A DNA stretch of 64,000 nt from Amoebidium appalachense (Eukaryota > Protista > Ichthyosporea). Position numbers and translations under genes: made by a program. The stretch is taken from NCBI GenBank assembly GCA_963693365.1, contig CAVNZM010000003.1, positions 585,468 to 649,467 of the forward strand, read 5' to 3'. Shown here piece by piece: positions 15,359 to 40,868 of this stretch (position 1 is the first letter of the stretch; each line of letters begins with the position of its first letter). A model generated the notes under the pieces. It searched no databases. It had not been told where the DNA came from and was given only the letters and a program-made list of their open reading frames with translations.

Positions 15359-15743
15359 CCACCCCTCTCTCCTCTCCCCCTTCCCCTCCTCCCCCCTTCC
15401 CCTCTCCCCCTCCCCCCCTTCCCCCCCTTCCCTCCTCCCCATCCCCCTCTCCCTCCCTCCTCTCCAACCCCCCCCCCCCCCCCCCCCCCCCCCCCACACA
15501 CACACGTACACAGGCGTAACCTTTTGTGGTGTCAAAATCACAAACAACCCCACCAACAAGGGGGCCGTCTACCTGCCATCGTTCCGCGTCTATGTTCCAA
15601 CCATCTGCGTGGTTCCATTTTCGGGAACCAATCAAATGGACCCTCAGCCCAACCCCGCAGGCCTTATGACCTTTCAACTTACACAGTTTAAATTCGTCGC
15701 ATGTACCGCATATCACGACCCAAATGTACGTGTTGCATCCCCC

Positions 15744-15776
<33 letters not shown>

Positions 15777-15979
15777 CCCCGCCCGCCGCCCGTTCCTCAC
15801 ACCTACAACCCACATTCCAAGGACCCACCATCTCTCCTTCTCCATCACTGCTTTGTAGTGCTTGTGAGCATACAAACACAAAATACGTTTTGAGCGTTGC
15901 TAGGTCCCCCCCCCTCCCCCTGCTCCCCCCTCCCCCTGCTCCCCCTCCTCTCTCCCTCTCCCCCCCCCCTCACCCCCCC

Positions 15980-16015
<36 letters not shown>

Positions 16016-16150
16016 TGATGACTTGGGCCCTCCCTGAGGATGGGCTCTGCTTATGGGGAATACTGTGCGCATGGCTGATGTTGCATACTTGAATGTTTGC
16101 CTCTGCATGTGTCCTTCGTGTATGCGTACTTGGTACCGTGTTCCGCATTC

Positions 16151-16188
<38 letters not shown>

Positions 16189-16721
16189 TTCAAGTAATCC
16201 TTGGCAGCAAGCATGTCAACATGCCCTTTCTTCAGTGCCAGTCGTTTGCACGACTTTATTTGCTTGTGGGTTATTAAATAACTTAATGTTTAAATTTTGA
16301 AATGATCTTGTGTGGGGTTATTAAATAACTTACTGTTTAAATTTTGGAATGATCTTGTGTGGGGTTATTAAATAACTTACTGTTTAATTTGTGAAATGAT
16401 CTTGTGTGGGGTTTTTAAATAACTTACTGTTTAGTTTTAAAAATGATCTTGTGTGGGGTTATTAAATAACTTACTGTTTAATTTTTGAAATGATCTTGTG
16501 TGGGGTTATTAAATAACTTACTGTTTAAATTTTGAAATGATCTTGTGTGGGGTTATTAAATAACTTACTGTTTAAATTTTGAAATGATCTTGTGTAGGGT
16601 TATTAAATAACTTCCTGTTTAAATTTCGAAATGATCTTGTGTGTCTTGTGCACCTCTATGTGCACTTCTACCGTGTAGGTATGTGTCCTGAGAGACTTAC
16701 AGTCCCCCCACCCACCCCCTC

Positions 16722-16799
<78 letters not shown>

Positions 16800-17512
16800 T
16801 TCTTCAACTGAAGATGACAAACCCGATGGCCCGAGTCACCAAAGAGAAAAAACCCCCCCGGCAGGCCCCCGGCACCTTTACCCAGGTCACGCCGAGCCCA
16901 ACAGACCCCACGTCCATGACCGGAAAGTTCAAATTTCACAAACCGGACACCCTTCAACCCGTCCCCTCATTTCCGGCCCCCCCCGACCAATACAGCTACA
17001 CACACAACCAGCCTCCCCCCGGCTCCTCCCCCACATCTTCTATTCCAAGCACACCCACGCCCATACCCTCCCCTTCACCCGCATCCGGGGATGGATGGGT
17101 CTACATGGCAATGCCATACCAACAAAAAAGCGCCAGCCAATCACCGATCCCGCTCACACCCAATGGAAATCATCCTGTCGACACGGTGTTCCAATTCCCG
17201 CCGCCGCCCCTTGCACCAATCATTCCTCTCCATCCCTCGAAACGTTCACCCTCCGTCCAATCACAAACGTCGACGTCAACACGAATTTCGGGTCAAGGTC
17301 CGTGGCACCCGTACGCACCACCGCCCACCCGTCGTACGTCTGTTTCAAACATCCCGGGGATTTCTGCGGGAACGAAAGAAGATTCTGGAAATCCCCCTAA
17401 ACGACGGGCGTCGTCATTTGCCATTGAGCACATTCTCGCTGAGACGCACATCAGCCCGGCCTTGAGGGACGTGGCGACGTCAGAGCATGTTCCCGCACAG
17501 ATGACGGCGTGA
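12852..17512 (+). CDS. Divergent T-box transcription factor; exons 12852-12982, 13362-13828, 14171-14284, 15514-15725, 16799-17512
   Basis: Spliced product has SAGRRLYPPVIATIQGLDPETKYEVSLEF...RWRY, VTFCGVKITNN...VYLPSFRVYVPTICVV, FKFVACTAYHDPN-ILQLKMTNPMAR, matching T-box motifs GRRMFP/GLDP, KLTN, FIAVTAYQN and LKIxxNPFAK in order; all four introns are GT-AG and phase compatible (2,1,1,0). Confidence 0.9.
16013..16152 (+). repeat. Poly-C-associated interspersed repeat, copy 1
   Basis: GGGCCCTCCCTGAGGATGGGCTCTGCTTAT...GCATTCAA followed by poly-C; homologous to the copies at 25409, 36125, 45283, 46079 and 52578. Confidence 0.8.
16264..16641. repeat. 47-bp AT-rich minisatellite, about 8 copies, in T-box intron 4
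   Basis: Head-to-tail unit TTGTGTGGGGTTATTAAATAACTTACTGTTTAAATTTTGAAATGATC with no unique spacers. Confidence 0.9.
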
Positions 17513-18471
17513 AAACGAGATTCACGCGCACGTGCGCGCGCACGCACACACGCACACACACACTGGGACGTGTAATGCACATATCACTCTCAGACCAGCC
17601 ACGCCCGGTTGGCATACCTAGACTCTACTGATCAGCATTCACTATTATGTGATACCGTTAAAATATCACTTTCAGACTAGCACAACCCAGGACATTATCA
17701 CTAGATTCTCTGGGGGGGAATGCATAACTATTCTACATATCTCACCCGCGTATATCTCGATCGCATATCCCTTTTGGAAATTGTTACAGGGCTTGTCATT
17801 ATCCGCAAATTTATTATCACGGCCTGTTTTTTTTTGGTATATCTCTCGGCTTACCAGGCATGTGGTGTCACTTTCCCTGTAGCTAGCCTTTAACTCTCTG
17901 TTGATCAGTAGATCTATCTACTACACACACACCGAAGCACAACAGGGCAGACTTGTTGAACTACATACCGTTCATTATTTTGTTAGTGAACGTCACGGCA
18001 TTACGGCATGCAAATGCAGTGTAATCCCTCGCATATCTATCTATATACATGTGAAAGCTCAACTGAATAACCATAGTCTTAAATATCCCGCCACTAAGTT
18101 GTGATCTGGATATATCCACACACAGCCACCAAAATTTGCTTGTTCTTATCTACCATAAAAGGTGTTTTTGGACCTTTCAAATTGTCCATTTAAAAACCGG
18201 GGGACTTTGAATGTCACACAGTATCATTCACCGTGCACGTGATTATGCCGGCCATATGTACACGTGCAAAGATCTGTTGACAGGTGAAAATACACAAGAA
18301 CGAAGTGAATACATACACATTCTCTGCTTCGTATGCATGATACAACACGTGTTCACAGCCTCAAACATTATGATAGCTAGCTGTATGTATGTATCATTAT
18401 GATAGCTAGCTGTATGTATGTATCATGGAGTCGACATTTTTTTGTCAGCAGCACTGTATCGTGATGCATCA

Positions 18472-18520
<49 letters not shown>

Positions 18521-18743
18521 CCACCGCCGCCCCTCTCCCCTCCCCCTCTACCCCCCTTGCCCCCTCCTCCTCTCCAAACTTCCGCACGCACGCACACACA
18601 CACACACACACACATGCACATGCAGACGTACACACACACACAAACACACACACACACACCTTTTATACGCTCGTGTTGGAAATAATTCCCTGCATGCGCC
18701 CAAGCTTGGCCTCCGAATCTCAAGAAGTACGTTATGGGAGGGC

Positions 18744-18779
<36 letters not shown>

Positions 18780-19144
18780 GCCGCTGGCCGGGGGCCAGGC
18801 CCCATGCCGCAGCCGGGGCCGTATTTGCAGGTGTTTCTACTAATAGGTAAGCCCCAACAATAACCATATTTGGGTAGTCGCGCAATTCAATTTGCTCCAT
18901 GCTTCTAACGGTCGCACGGAAGTGCCGCAAACCGGCAGACATAAATTTGGGGGTTTACGCTGTTTACTCGAGGCAAAGAGAACCAGTCTCAGGTATGGGG
19001 GGGGGGGTTTTGCTCGGAATATCCCCTCAGCGGTATATCATGATCACGTACATAGATGTCGGGTGGTGACTATATATCAGGGTTTACTTTCTCTACGAGA
19101 CACCATAAAGACTACAAGGAGAAATCAATTAGTTGGGGTTCCCC

Positions 19145-19180
<36 letters not shown>

Positions 19181-19212
19181 GGGCTCCCCTCGGGACACTC
19201 GGTATCAGCTGG

Positions 19213-19267
<55 letters not shown>

Positions 19268-19288
19268 GTGTGTGTGTGTGCGCGTGCG

Positions 19289-22200
19289 CTATAATTTTGT
19301 AGTGATGTGTTTCTCAAGCCAATCAATACACCTAATAAACAGGTCGTAGTTACGCGTGTTTAGTATAAAATCAAGGATGTTGTAATTTACAGGTAGGCTA
19401 TCTTTCTGGGTGTCTGTTGTGAATGTGACGTGTGTGTGTTGCGGTATTATGTGGTCTATCAAACTACATTTGGCGATACATGACCGGTTAAACTGGTGTG
19501 TGTGTGTGTTGTTTGGGCATGCAAATGATGCCACCTTATACTTATTAGATCTCCACTGTATAGCACGTGTACAGTAAAAGCGTGGTAATTGATCAATAAT
19601 ACGATCAGCTAGAGAAAGACCAGTTCTACAGGAAGGTAATATGTATTTAGGTGTTATACACTTGCGAGTGCCATATTTGACAATATGGTTGAGGCGGTCA
19701 GTATATATAAAACGAGACATAAGGCTTAGTTTTTCAAGGTGTATGCTTTCATCGGGTCTAGTGTCGTGTGGTATCTTTTTCCATTTGTTATATTGCGTGA
19801 TTATCTTGTGATTGTGTACATGTTTAATAAGTAAGTGGCAGTCCAAAGTCACACACACACTATTGCGGGGTTTATTTGTATTTGTGCCCAGGGGAGAAGG
19901 GGAGAGAGAGGGGAGGAAAGAGGGGAGAGGTGAGGAGGGGACAGGTCGGATAGAGAAGAGAGGGTGGGAGGGCAAATACTTCTTTAAGCGGCTTATGTGC
20001 TTATTGAATTTCAGCGCGAGATAGGATACTCTAGCAGCTATTGGGACCAGACCATATATCGAGAGCGTTACAGGCCCAGGTTTACAACAGTTGTTAGATA
20101 GAAAGGAGGCAACTTCTGCTTCAAGGAACTTTGCCAAGGGTTTAAGTGCTCTAGTTCTCTCTTTCTTGATCCAAGCGGCGAGAAGGGGTAAACCATATTC
20201 ACATGCCGGGAAGACAAAAGTGCGAATAAATGTAAGTCTAATAGAAGGATGGAGGGGTGTGTCTTTAAAAATATTAGCCGAGAAGAAAGCTAACCGCTTA
20301 CGAGCCAACTCTACCCTCTTTTCGACCATATGGGGAAACATAACACCAACAGAATCAACCGGAACACCAAGATATTTGTATTCTGGAACTATAGGTACAG
20401 GTTTAGATGATAATGTAAATGTGTGTAAATTGTTAGCTATATCAGGTACAAGAACACCACATTTGTCTATGTTAAGGATCATAAGGTTTGCCTTGCACCA
20501 CTCTGACACTACATCGAACAATCTTTGCAGGCGTCTAGGGGTACGGGCAAGGAGGGACAGATCATCAGCATAGAGAAGTGCAGGCGGAAAGTTATTAATA
20601 GGGTCATCGTTTTCGGCGTAAATCTTGACAGCCAAATCATCTATAAATAGGTTAAACAAAAAGGGGCTAAGCAATGAACCCTGCAAGAGACCTCTAGTAC
20701 GAGCAAAACCATATGAAAGATGCCCATTAACCACAGCTCTACCATAGGTTTGAGACAAGAGTGCTTCTAACAGAACACCAATGCAGTGTGGTACACCCCG
20801 TGCAGCAAGCTTTTCCCATAGGAGACCAGGGGAGACAGAATCGTAAGCAGTTTTCCAATCAATAAAGCCAACATATTGTGCACCAACTTGCATAGAATCG
20901 TGCAGTGCCATTATTTGAACATAACATGAATTGTTTTTACGAAAAGCGGATTGGCATGGGTGTATGTGAAGAATAGATTGAAACCTAGGGTGATGTGCAA
21001 ATAACCTAAGTAAGCAAGCTTCAAAGAATCTACGAACAACCTGGGTTAGTGTAATGGGGCGAAAGGATGATATGGGGCCCTCAGAGTCCTTCTTAACTAT
21101 GGGGATCACTAAGGTATCTAACCAAGATGACGGGACATGTCCACATTTAACACACCAAGAAAAGAGAGAGCTTAACATGATAGTAAGATCAGGTTTAATA
21201 GCACGATCACTTTCCTTTTGTGGGTAGGAGGGAACAAGGATTTTAAGAAACCCAGCAGGGAGTCCATCAGGTCCACAAGACTTACTAGAGCTATAACTAG
21301 ATATCACAGACCATATGGCATCGGGACTGAAAAAGGGGAGGATCGATTCTATGGGGATAGATGGGTCTACAGGCCACACAATAGGTTTCTGAGCGGGGGT
21401 CCTATCTTTAAACAGTTCCGAGAAATACTTATCAGAGTCTATGAGGGGGTCTCCAGTGGTATCACCAATAATACGAGCAGGGGGGCCAAATCGATTCATA
21501 CTAGCAAGCCGGCGCAAGCTTTCCTTTTGAGACAGGGGTTCACCTAGTCTAGCGGGAGTGGTGTTTGGTAACAAGAGAGCATCGGGATATTCCTTCCTAC
21601 CACCGCCAGCATAATCACCGAGATCTATCAAATCATCAACAATAAAGTTAGTGCATGTATCTAGTACGAGATGTGAATCTGGCCTGGCTTGTGCAGATTC
21701 TAATAGGCGCATATATATAGGGTGTTTCGTAGCATAGCATACACATACATCAACTCTACCCCACTGTGACTTAAGCTGGGATAGACGGAGGCGAAAGGTG
21801 GGAGGGGGAGGGGGGAGCAGATCAAGGGAGATCTTAGGTAGGAAAAGGATAGGAGAGTGGTCAGATGACCTAGAGAGGTTAGGAGGGAGAGAGAGTTTTG
21901 ACATGGTTGATGGCCAAAAGGCCACTCCCCAGTCGGTGTTGTGGGCATGGGATATTTGAGGGAACCGCAAAGTGTGACTTTGGACATACCTTGCTAAAGG
22001 GATAGCACGCTCCGGGGGCTTAGATGGGTACCCGACACTCACTTGCAGTGTGTCTGTGTGGTGGAGTCGCGTGTTAAAATCACCTAAAATAACAGTGGAC
22101 ATTGGTAACTGTGACAACTCGTGAGTCAATTCGACAACCGACATAGATGGTGGATAATATACAAAAGTAAAAACATTAGAAAGAAACTCTATAGAAACCG

Positions 22201-22482
22201 AGAATTCCGTTTTTGCTACCGGTTTGCACTTCACTCTCACGTGTGGTGCGGCAAGTACAATAATGCCTCGGTTTTTCGCGTAACCGGGGTGTGTGGATGT
22301 GTCGACCAATGTAGAGTTGAATTTGTGGTGGTTTTTAAACTGTGTTTCGCAAATCACTGTAAACGTGTGGTTGTTTGTCTGTTGTTGTATGTAGCTGATT
22401 TTATCGTCGAGTGTCCCGGGGGGAGGCCCTTTTGGGGGCCCAGTGTCCGAGCATTCCAGAAGAAGAAGGATAAATTAGGCAT
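19289..22482 (-). CDS. LINE ORF2: apurinic-like endonuclease plus reverse transcriptase; the N-terminus (ATG 22482) is offset by a -1 frame change near 22415-22445
   Basis: APE motifs WNARTL (offset frame), ICET, ILGDFN and SDHSPI; RT motifs SCGPDG, FRPITL, QSAFR, FIDWKTAYDSV, GLLQGSLLSPFLF, LYADD and YKYLGV; C-terminal Cys/His segment. Confidence 0.9.
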
Positions 22483-23659
22483 CGGTTTGGTCCGACACCT
22501 GTGGGGTTGGTTCCCACTTGTCGCTTACGGGGTCGTATGCACGACCTTCCGCCAGCGCGAACAGTTCGCAGAAGAGCTCGATTTCCATCTCGCATCGGCG
22601 TTTGCGCTCGAGCAGTTTCTCACCAGAAAACATTGGTTCCTTCGTGTCCGTGTCTATCACGCTCGTAGCATCGTTTTCCAACTTTGCGAGGAACTCTTTT
22701 GCCTTGCTGATGCGTACACGACAACGTGTGGCGCACGCATTCTTAGCAGACACTTTACGTTCTTTGTCTGCTTTCTGAATGTTTTCCGGCGCGCATGGGT
22801 CGTAGCTTGGGAGGTGGGTGAAGAAGCTTCCACACCCCTTTGTCGCGTCACGGATGAACGCACGGTTATAGTCGCCCCGTACTGCTACTTCCAGCACATC
22901 GTATCCAATGAAGGACAGACAAAGGATGCGAGAGCACCGGAAGCCGAGAGCCTTGAAGATGGACCACATGGCCCTGTGTGGGCGTCTGCCGTGCTTGACT
23001 TTGAAATACACCCTCTCGTATTTGGGTGGGATGTTGATGTTACCGTTTGCTTGGGTGTTCCCCTTAGCCGGCGGTTTGGGAGGGGAGTTGCGGCGGTACT
23101 CGTTGCCTGCAAGAATGCTGGCATATGTTTCCTTGGCAATTTGGCGGAGCTCGGGTGTTTTACGAGAGTTCGCATATTCTAGGAACTCTGCCGGGAGCTG
23201 TGCTTCCGGTCCTGTGTTGTTTTGTGTTGGGGTGGAAATGTCTCCGTCGCGAGATGTTTGCTCATGAGTTTTGGGGTTTTGCGATCCACTAATGTTTAGC
23301 TGGGCTGTGAGTGAATCAATGGTGAGCTTGAGTTGGGTATTTTCTGTTTGGAGTTTTTCTATCATGTTCTTGAGTGGTAACAGCTCATTTAGCTGTTTCT
23401 TAACGAGGGCAAGTTCTGCCAGTACTGTATCAACCGAAAGTTTCGGGATGGTTGTTATTGTGTTTCTACGGAGTGGTGTGGTGTTATTCTGAATGGGTAG
23501 TGTATTGTAAATAGGTGTTGCGCTTAGTCTAAGGCGATGTTTTTCTGGTTGTGCATCTGTGGTAGGTGTATCTGCTGGACGTTTTAATGGTCGCACATGT
23601 GTGATGGGTGTAGATGGAACTTTGAAAGAGGTTCTGAAACGATTATAGGCATGTGCCAT
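22475..23659 (-). CDS. LINE ORF1 (coiled coil plus putative nucleic-acid-binding domain), 394 aa
   Basis: Intact ATG-initiated ORF directly 5' of ORF2 inside the TSD-bounded element; heptad region LAELALVKKQLNELL...LTAQL; its stop overlaps the ORF2 ATG (GATGCCTAA). Confidence 0.88.
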   Translation of the reverse strand: MAHAYNRFRTSFKVPSTPITHVRPLKRPADTPTTDAQPEKHRLRLSATPIYNTLPIQNNTTPLRRNTITTIPKLSVDTVLAELALVKKQLNELLPLKNMIEKLQTENTQLKLTIDSLTAQLNISGSQNPKTHEQTSRDGDISTPTQNNTGPEAQLPAEFLEYANSRKTPELRQIAKETYASILAGNEYRRNSPPKPPAKGNTQANGNINIPPKYERVYFKVKHGRRPHRAMWSIFKALGFRCSRILCLSFIGYDVLEVAVRGDYNRAFIRDATKGCGSFFTHLPSYDPCAPENIQKADKERKVSAKNACATRCRVRISKAKEFLAKLENDATSVIDTDTKEPMFSGEKLLERKRRCEMEIELFCELFALAEGRAYDPVSDKWEPTPQVSDQTDA

Positions 23660-24233
23660 GACATGGATGGGGGTGTTCCCCGGCCCTTAGGGCCACGGAT
23701 GGCCTGGTTTAGGGGTGGATGCGCGAAGGATACTATTTATTAGCAGATAATAAAGAGCGACATTTGAATCGACATAAATTTGGTCTGAGAGGGAGAAAAA
23801 AAAAACCACAGTGTCTGAGTGTATTGTCAATGTGTTAGCAAGGAATGTGTTAGTTTGCATTTGGCTACTTGTAGAATTAATCAGCAAGGCAATTCATCTA
23901 GCTCTAAAGCATGCCGTTACAGAAACTTCACATATACAAACACTAAACATCAGCCATCACGTTTCTCATTTGTCCGCCCTTTTGGCCAAAACTTTTCCTT
24001 ACCACCAACTTAGTGCTACGCCACACAGCGACACACGCACGATCATAAACCCACACACTAAAGAACGCACGCGCGCACATTTACACGCACGCGCATATGC
24101 GCGCGCGCACACGAGCAGACACACACAAACACACACACGCACCCGGCGCCCCACCCCCCCCCCCCCCCCCCCCCCCACCACCACCACCCCCACCACGCAC
24201 ACACACACAGGCACGTACTGACAAAACACAAAC

Positions 24234-37646
<13,413 letters not shown>

Positions 37647-37669
37647 AGCCTCACTGGAGGAGAAATAAG

Positions 37670-37746
<77 letters not shown>

Positions 37747-38896
37747 CCCTCTTATTATCCCACCCTCCTACTATTTTTTTTTTTTGGAAATAATATAAGC
37801 AAGTGCTAGTGAGACATATGATTCGAATGCCTTAGTCGTTGTTGGTTGTTGTTTGTAGGTCGACTCTGCACAAAAACATGCACGAAGGGATTACAGGATC
37901 AATGATCGTTTGGTCTGCCATGGTAAATCTACATATCTGAAAAAATACTATCGGTTTTTTTTTTTTTTCTTTTCTTTTTCTTTTTCTCTTTGGATATGTA
38001 TGCCATTTGTTTGAGGAGTTTCAATGCTTATTATCCAAGTAGATATACCAAAATGTATCATACTGCACCGGTGAATGAGTACTGTCTGTGAGAGTGTGCG
38101 GTAAGGGATGGTTTGGGACACTTCCCCTTTAAAATCTTTTTATTTTTTTTATATTTTTTTTTTATCACGTTTTATTCCCGGAGGGCCTTTTCAGGCCCTC
38201 TAGGGAAACTACCGTCTACCACACAGCACCGACAGTACACTAGTTAAGGTGCTATCTATGAGTTCAGCTAAGCCAAACCATCCTTCACAACCTAACTATA
38301 AGTACACACTTTGCCCAGGATTACTACTCCAGCCACGCTCCCCTTTAATATCAGTCTGTCAAATTGTAAAGCAAAATTTGTTAACACCCCTTTTCTCTTT
38401 CGTTTGTTTTTCCTTACCAAGACCTCCTAGCTTTCGTATCTCCTTCTTTTTTCTCGCTTCTCTCTTTCTCCCTTTTTTTCTTTTGTTAATTGCTCCCTCC
38501 ATATCTTGATACTTGGCTCATTTCAGGCCAACACGTCAACATCACACGCGCTTTTGTGTTCTATGTTTTGCATGTAGCTTGAGTGCTTAAAGAAGCAGTG
38601 TGTTTCTTCATATCGTTATGAACCCGGTCCTGCATGTATGTATTTTCCTAATTCAAATTTACGAGGTTCGAAAACTTTAAACACGTGCAACGGCAGTCCA
38701 TAGACTCCTATGTGAATGTAATAAAATAAAATCCTATTTGGGCGCAATGTCATAGTACAGTAACTTATAGAATGGTATTGGTTATTAGGGAATAGTTAGA
38801 TTTTCCACGAACCAAAAAAATAAACTGAGTTGTAATTTTCTGGACAAGCTGATCGAGTCACACAATAAGACGAAGGCTACCTTACCCCCCCCCCCC

Positions 38897-38927
<31 letters not shown>

Positions 38928-39236
38928 ACACAAGGGGGCAAAAAAAAAAAAAAAATTAAAAAAAAAAATTTAAAAAAAAAAAAAAAAAAGGGACCCCCTG
39001 GGCCGGGGACAACCGTTAGCCACCCCGTATACCTGCATGCCCCCCGGGCTAGATCTGTCGGCCAGACAGCAGCATATTCTTATATAAGAAAAACGTAGGA
39101 ATACTTTGGATATTCAATATGATGTACGTGCGTGTGAATGTGTGTGTGAGCGTACGTGTACGTGTACGCGTACGCGTGGGAGGGGGAGGTGGTGGTTTTG
39201 ACGGGAGTGATATATGCGCTGTGTACACATGCATGT

Positions 39237-39306
<70 letters not shown>

Positions 39307-40012
39307 TGGGGAGAGAGGGCGAGGTGGCAATCATGCATGCTATGTAATCGAATCCTTGTCTAAACACAAAATATCCATTTCACGAAGTTTGGCTATTTAG
39401 CACTACGGACGAACGGTGTGCACATGTAGACATGGCCGAGATATACAATAAATTCTAACAGATTAAATCGCCAAGTGCAAGTGCACAGCACTGGCTGTCT
39501 GGCATGGAGCCTATTCATGCATATTATAGATTATATATTGGGTAGACCTGAGAGATACCATGAAAATAACTGTCTGGCATGCAAGCCTCAGTCCAATTTA
39601 AAAACAATTAAACACACCGGTCACATTTTCGATTGGCCAATTCACAGTAAGGCTTTAACAGTATTCCATAAATGTAAACTGTTAATCCTTGCTCCCTTAA
39701 CATCAATATTAGGATAAGCACGAAATCCTTCTTTTTGATTGGCCTATGCGTATAAAGTCATATTCATTAGATATCCCAACATACAACTGTCGCGATACAT
39801 TCGTACATTTGCTTCCGCATACTTCTATAGAATCTCAGACCAATAACAAAACGGTATGCATAACAACATTAAAAATAGTCATAACAACATAAAAAATAGT
39901 TCCTTTCTGACCTATACAACGCAAATACATACAGTACACAGAAGGAAAAAACCTCATGCTGCAATTAGGCTTGATTGGTGTGCGCGGCGCGTGAATGATT
40001 GTGTCCCGGTGC

Positions 40013-40089
<77 letters not shown>

Positions 40090-40329
40090 CGCACGCACAC
40101 GTGTCCGTGTGTGTGGATGTCGAGTGCAAATGAGCAAAGGGTTCGCACACATGCGTTTGTGCCGCGCACTTGCACTACTGTGTGCTATGATATTAATGAT
40201 ACACAGGCATCTACAACCGTGAGCGTGTGTGCACGTGTGTGTGCCTCCACTCCTTTCCACATGCTTCTAGTCGGTGCCAGGTAGACGTTACAGAGTGTCT
40301 CGGATTCCCATACTGCTTCCGTGCTTGAT

Positions 40330-40651
40330 CTGCATGAAATTTGGGGTTTTTAGTGTCAATATGCTTTCAGTTTGGGGTCTATAGTGGTAATAAGCATTAA
40401 CATTTGGGGGTATGGTGTTTATCTGCATGAAATTTGGGGTTATTGTGTTTATCTGCATGAAATTTGGGGTTATAGTGCATGAAATTTGGGGTTATTGTGT
40501 TTATCTGCATGAAATTTGGGGTTATAGTGCATGAAATTTGGGGTTATTGTGTTTATCTGCATGAAATTTGGGGTTATAGTGCATGAAATTTGGGGTTATA
40601 GTGTTTATCTGCATGAAATTTGGGGTTATAGTGTTTATCTGCATGAAATTT
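40330..40651. repeat. Minisatellite with mixed 30-bp and 22-bp units (TGCATGAAATTTGGGGTTATAGTG core)
   Basis: About 10 copies of GCATGAAATTTG in tandem. Confidence 0.85.
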
Positions 40652-40788
40652 GAAGTTTTTAAGTGTGTGATTTCTACGAGGAATAAGAGTGACAAAGAGG
40701 TTCACGATATGTGGAAGCACCTCATAGCAAACATTTACACTGGAGGAAAAACAGAATGCAGCTTACAGGGAGTAGGAAGGGGAAAGGA

Positions 40789-40868
<80 letters not shown>

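Larger units (their letters stand above)
18951..23770 (-). mobile_element. Full-length non-LTR retrotransposon (APE-type LINE), about 4.8 kb
   Basis: ORF1 plus APE/RT ORF2, flanked by the 13-bp direct repeat GACATAAATTTGG (18938-18950 and 23771-23783); 111-nt 5'UTR and about 340-nt 3'UTR. Confidence 0.95.

Noticed and set aside
16264-16641. Regularly spaced repeats resembling a CRISPR array
   Set aside because: Units are contiguous with no unique spacers, there are no cas genes, and the context is a eukaryotic intron.
23660-23770. HDV-like ribozyme in the LINE 5'UTR
   Set aside because: Only small hairpins (GGCCAUCCGUGGCC, GGCCCUAAGGGCC) are visible; the nested double pseudoknot could not be built by eye.
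37859-37905. Alternative last exon GRLCTKTC for the PHD gene
   Set aside because: The exon at 37597 (DPWVCQEC) fits the PHD W-x-C-x2-C consensus better and has a TACTAAT branch site.
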